From contig JAZDJS010000031.1 in NCBI GenBank assembly GCA_043803745.1, forward strand, positions 1 to 36,309: DNA of 36,309 nucleotides, given 5' to 3'. The notes beneath the pieces were generated by a model, which was given only the letters and a program-made list of their open reading frames with translations, made no database searches and was not told the DNA's origin. Source of the stretch: an archaeon. Its GTDB lineage: Archaea; SpSt-1190; DYHY01. Made by a program: the position numbers and the translations under genes. The stretch's first letter is position 1; the number at the start of each line of letters is the position of its first letter. Positions 34,425-36,309 of the stretch are shown in pieces.

Positions 34425-34844
34425 CTACTGCCTAATCGACTCGGCGACGATCCGGTTTATCAGGTCGCTTATTTCCGGAAGGCAGGCGTCGGGCGTCCCC
34501 GGCTTGGAAATGGGTAGCTTGATTGACCGCGCAATTTCCTCGACAAGGGGGGCGTCTCCGAGGATAACCAGCCCATCCGAGGAGTTGCAAAGCGCTTCAA
34601 TCGCCGATATTTTGGATGTGGAATTCGCGCGGAACTCCAGGTGGCCTCCGGATTTGGGATAGGAAAATGAAAGATGCCTCATTGTCGCTATCCTGGCCGC
34701 TCCGGTAACGACGAGTTCCCCGAACGGGGAGTTTTCGACTAGTATTACCGCGCCGCGCCTTGCGCAAGCAACCCCCGCGGATTCAAGCAGAAGCGGGTCC
34801 TCCGAATCCCCGACAATCCCGATTTGAAGCTTCCTGTTGAACAC
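34425..34844 (-). CDS. Degenerate LOG/SLOG-like Rossmann-fold protein
   Basis: LQIGIVGDS...AGVACARRGAVIL...SDGLVILG...EEIARSIKLPI resembles TIGR00725-type proteins but lacks the glycine motifs. GTG start. Confidence 0.5.
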   Translation of the reverse strand: MFNRKLQIGIVGDSEDPLLLESAGVACARRGAVILVENSPFGELVVTGAARIATMRHLSFSYPKSGGHLEFRANSTSKISAIEALCNSSDGLVILGDAPLVEEIARSIKLPISKPGTPDACLPEISDLINRIVAESIRQ

Positions 34845-34853
34845 GTGGGGGAA

Positions 34854-35000
34854 CTACCGTTTCCTTATTTTCCAGTGCGCCGATGGGTATTTGTAGAACT
34901 TTTTCGGCGCCGAGAGCCTGTTTCCGTAAATGTGCCCCGCAAAGAATCCCAGTGCGAACGAAATCGCGAGGACGACGAGTATCTGCGCGTTGGTTGCCAT
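34854..35000 (-). CDS. Single-TM microprotein (48 aa)
   Basis: Not in ORF track. Manual translation: MATNAQILVVLAISFALGFFAGHIYGNRLSAPKKFYKYPSAHWKIRKR. GAGGGAG upstream; fits between its neighbours. Confidence 0.65.
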   Translation of the reverse strand: MATNAQILVVLAISFALGFFAGHIYGNRLSAPKKFYKYPSAHWKIRKR

Positions 35001-35003
35001 TGC

Positions 35004-35177
35004 CTACTCCCTCAACCTCCGCTTTCCCGAGAGATACTCGAATCTTACCTGCTCTCCGGAATCCTCCGCGAAGAATTTTCCGAGGTAAAAACCTATCCCG
35101 AAACCGAACAGCGCCGCAACGAACAAATCCCATGGAAGCCCCGACAAGAAGCTCCAGATTTGGTCAATTAATCCCAT
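35004..35177 (-). CDS. Single-TM microprotein (57 aa)
   Basis: MGLIDQIWSFLSGLPWDLFVAALFGFGIGFYLGKFF...RRLRE; AT-rich box upstream. Confidence 0.65.
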   Translation of the reverse strand: MGLIDQIWSFLSGLPWDLFVAALFGFGIGFYLGKFFAEDSGEQVRFEYLSGKRRLRE

Positions 35178-35262
35178 GGGTTGCTTCCGTCGCGATTTCC
35201 TAATAAGTATTTGCCTTCGCAGGCACAATAAGAGTTATAACCCGCGGGACCGTATTGTCCCC

Positions 35263-35460
35263 ATGGCAGTCAGTCTCCAGATTGGCTATGTTGTGATAAT
35301 TGTGGCGGTTCTGGCAGCCTTGATAACCGGAAAGCGGGAGCCTATTTTCTGGGCCTTGCTCTTTTTTATCGGCGCAACCGCAATTGCATATGCCGGAATC
35401 TTCACTGCGAAGAAGGTCACCAAAGCCCAGCTGGGCGAGATAAAGCCCCCGAAGGAATGA
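35263..35460 (+). CDS. Small two-TM membrane protein (65 aa)
   Basis: MAVSLQIGYVVIIVAVLAALITG...IFWALLFFIGATAIAYAG; TTATAA about 23-28 nt upstream. Confidence 0.65.
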   Translation: MAVSLQIGYVVIIVAVLAALITGKREPIFWALLFFIGATAIAYAGIFTAKKVTKAQLGEIKPPKE

Positions 35461-35468
35461 CCCTCCCC

Positions 35469-36309
35469 TCAGAGGAGGGAGGCAAGCATCCAGGAGATCG
35501 GATCCCCGGCGAAAATTGTGGTCAGGAGGGCAAGCAGGAAAACCGGGACGAACGGAATCCCCTCCTTCACGCCAATTGTTTTCTGGTCCAGCTTTCCCGC
35601 CTTTGCAAGGGACATTATCCTCGCAATATCCTGCTTTGTGAGCCCGGTAGAGCTTGTGGAAACAACGGTTCTTCCGCCGGACGTGATTCTTTCGGAAAGC
35701 CAGTCCTCGACCTGGAGCTTTCCCGGGGAAACCTTCCGGGTGAATGCAATTGCTTCGGCTGATTTCGACGAGAGGAGGGCGAAATAGAGAAAGAACAGAA
35801 GCGCCCCTAGGAGATTCTCGGGGAACCGGAAAATCAGAACGGATGCCGTGGAAACCGCCGCAAGCGGAAGCGAAACGAACCAGTATTTCCTGATCCTCAG
35901 GAACGCATCGACAAGTATTTCCCGTCTTGAGAAGAAAAGCGAGAAAATCCAGACAACTCCGTAGATTGCCCCGACGAAGAAAACGTTCATAAGAAGGGCT
36001 GCCCAAAAGGGCAGGAGCGTTTTCGCCGGGAATTCGGGGGGAAGGGTTCCGAACGACGCTCCGAGCGCGACAAGCACAAGGAGGTCGCCCCCGCCCCACT
36101 GTTTCGTGAAATAGAACACGAGTGAGAGTGCCAGAAATCCCAGGGAAACCAGGAAGGGCGCGAGGAAAACGGAATCGTCCCCTGAAAAGGCGAACCAGGC
36201 CAGCCGCACGGCGAGAGCCGAGAAAAGGAAACCGACCGATATTTCATCGGCAACCTCCCTTTCCCTGATGTCAGTATAGCTCGCATAACCAAGGAAAAAA
36301 AGCGAAATC
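35469..36309 (-). CDS. A24 family prepilin peptidase, 5'-truncated by the window edge
   Basis: The frame stays open to the window end: YASYTDIREREV (first Asp), WGGGDLLVL (second Asp), C-terminal GIPFVPVF. Confidence 0.92.
   Translation of the reverse strand, partial: ISLFFLGYASYTDIREREVADEISVGFLFSALAVRLAWFAFSGDDSVFLAPFLVSLGFLALSLVFYFTKQWGGGDLLVLVALGASFGTLPPEFPAKTLLPFWAALLMNVFFVGAIYGVVWIFSLFFSRREILVDAFLRIRKYWFVSLPLAAVSTASVLIFRFPENLLGALLFFLYFALLSSKSAEAIAFTRKVSPGKLQVEDWLSERITSGGRTVVSTSSTGLTKQDIARIMSLAKAGKLDQKTIGVKEGIPFVPVFLLALLTTIFAGDPISWMLASLL

Overview
Archaeal chromosomal window, probably DPANN-like. This rests on the gene content, the QxxxE class III pilins and the TrmB/KaiC types, and is inference only. 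Positions 1-21.3 kb hold a conserved information-processing neighbourhood: nep1, rnp4, rps19e, PDCD5-like, rpl39e, rpl31e, eif6, pfdA, ftsY, srp54, rpl21e, rpoF, DUF655 and rsmA/ksgA. Also present are TrmB, Nre, fni, a divergent TBP, CYTH, gpmA and a KaiC-like ATPase. This region is interrupted by a truncated PEP-synthase-like dikinase and by three orphan ORFs that appear to be remote paralogs. Positions 21.4-32.1 kb are a minus-strand type IV pilus locus: two duplicated major pilins, an orphan, two TadC-like membrane proteins, an ATPase, a small wHTH protein and five minor or large pilin-like proteins. DsbA and an A24 prepilin peptidase lie nearby. The best unannotated signal is a hand-folded K-turn H/ACA guide RNA at 19440-19516, whose pocket predicts the 23S U2504-equivalent as target. 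The apparent phosphoesterase-rpl21e fusion is probably a one-base frameshift. I saw no tRNA, rRNA, CRISPR or IS element. All assignments are by eye; no database searches were run.
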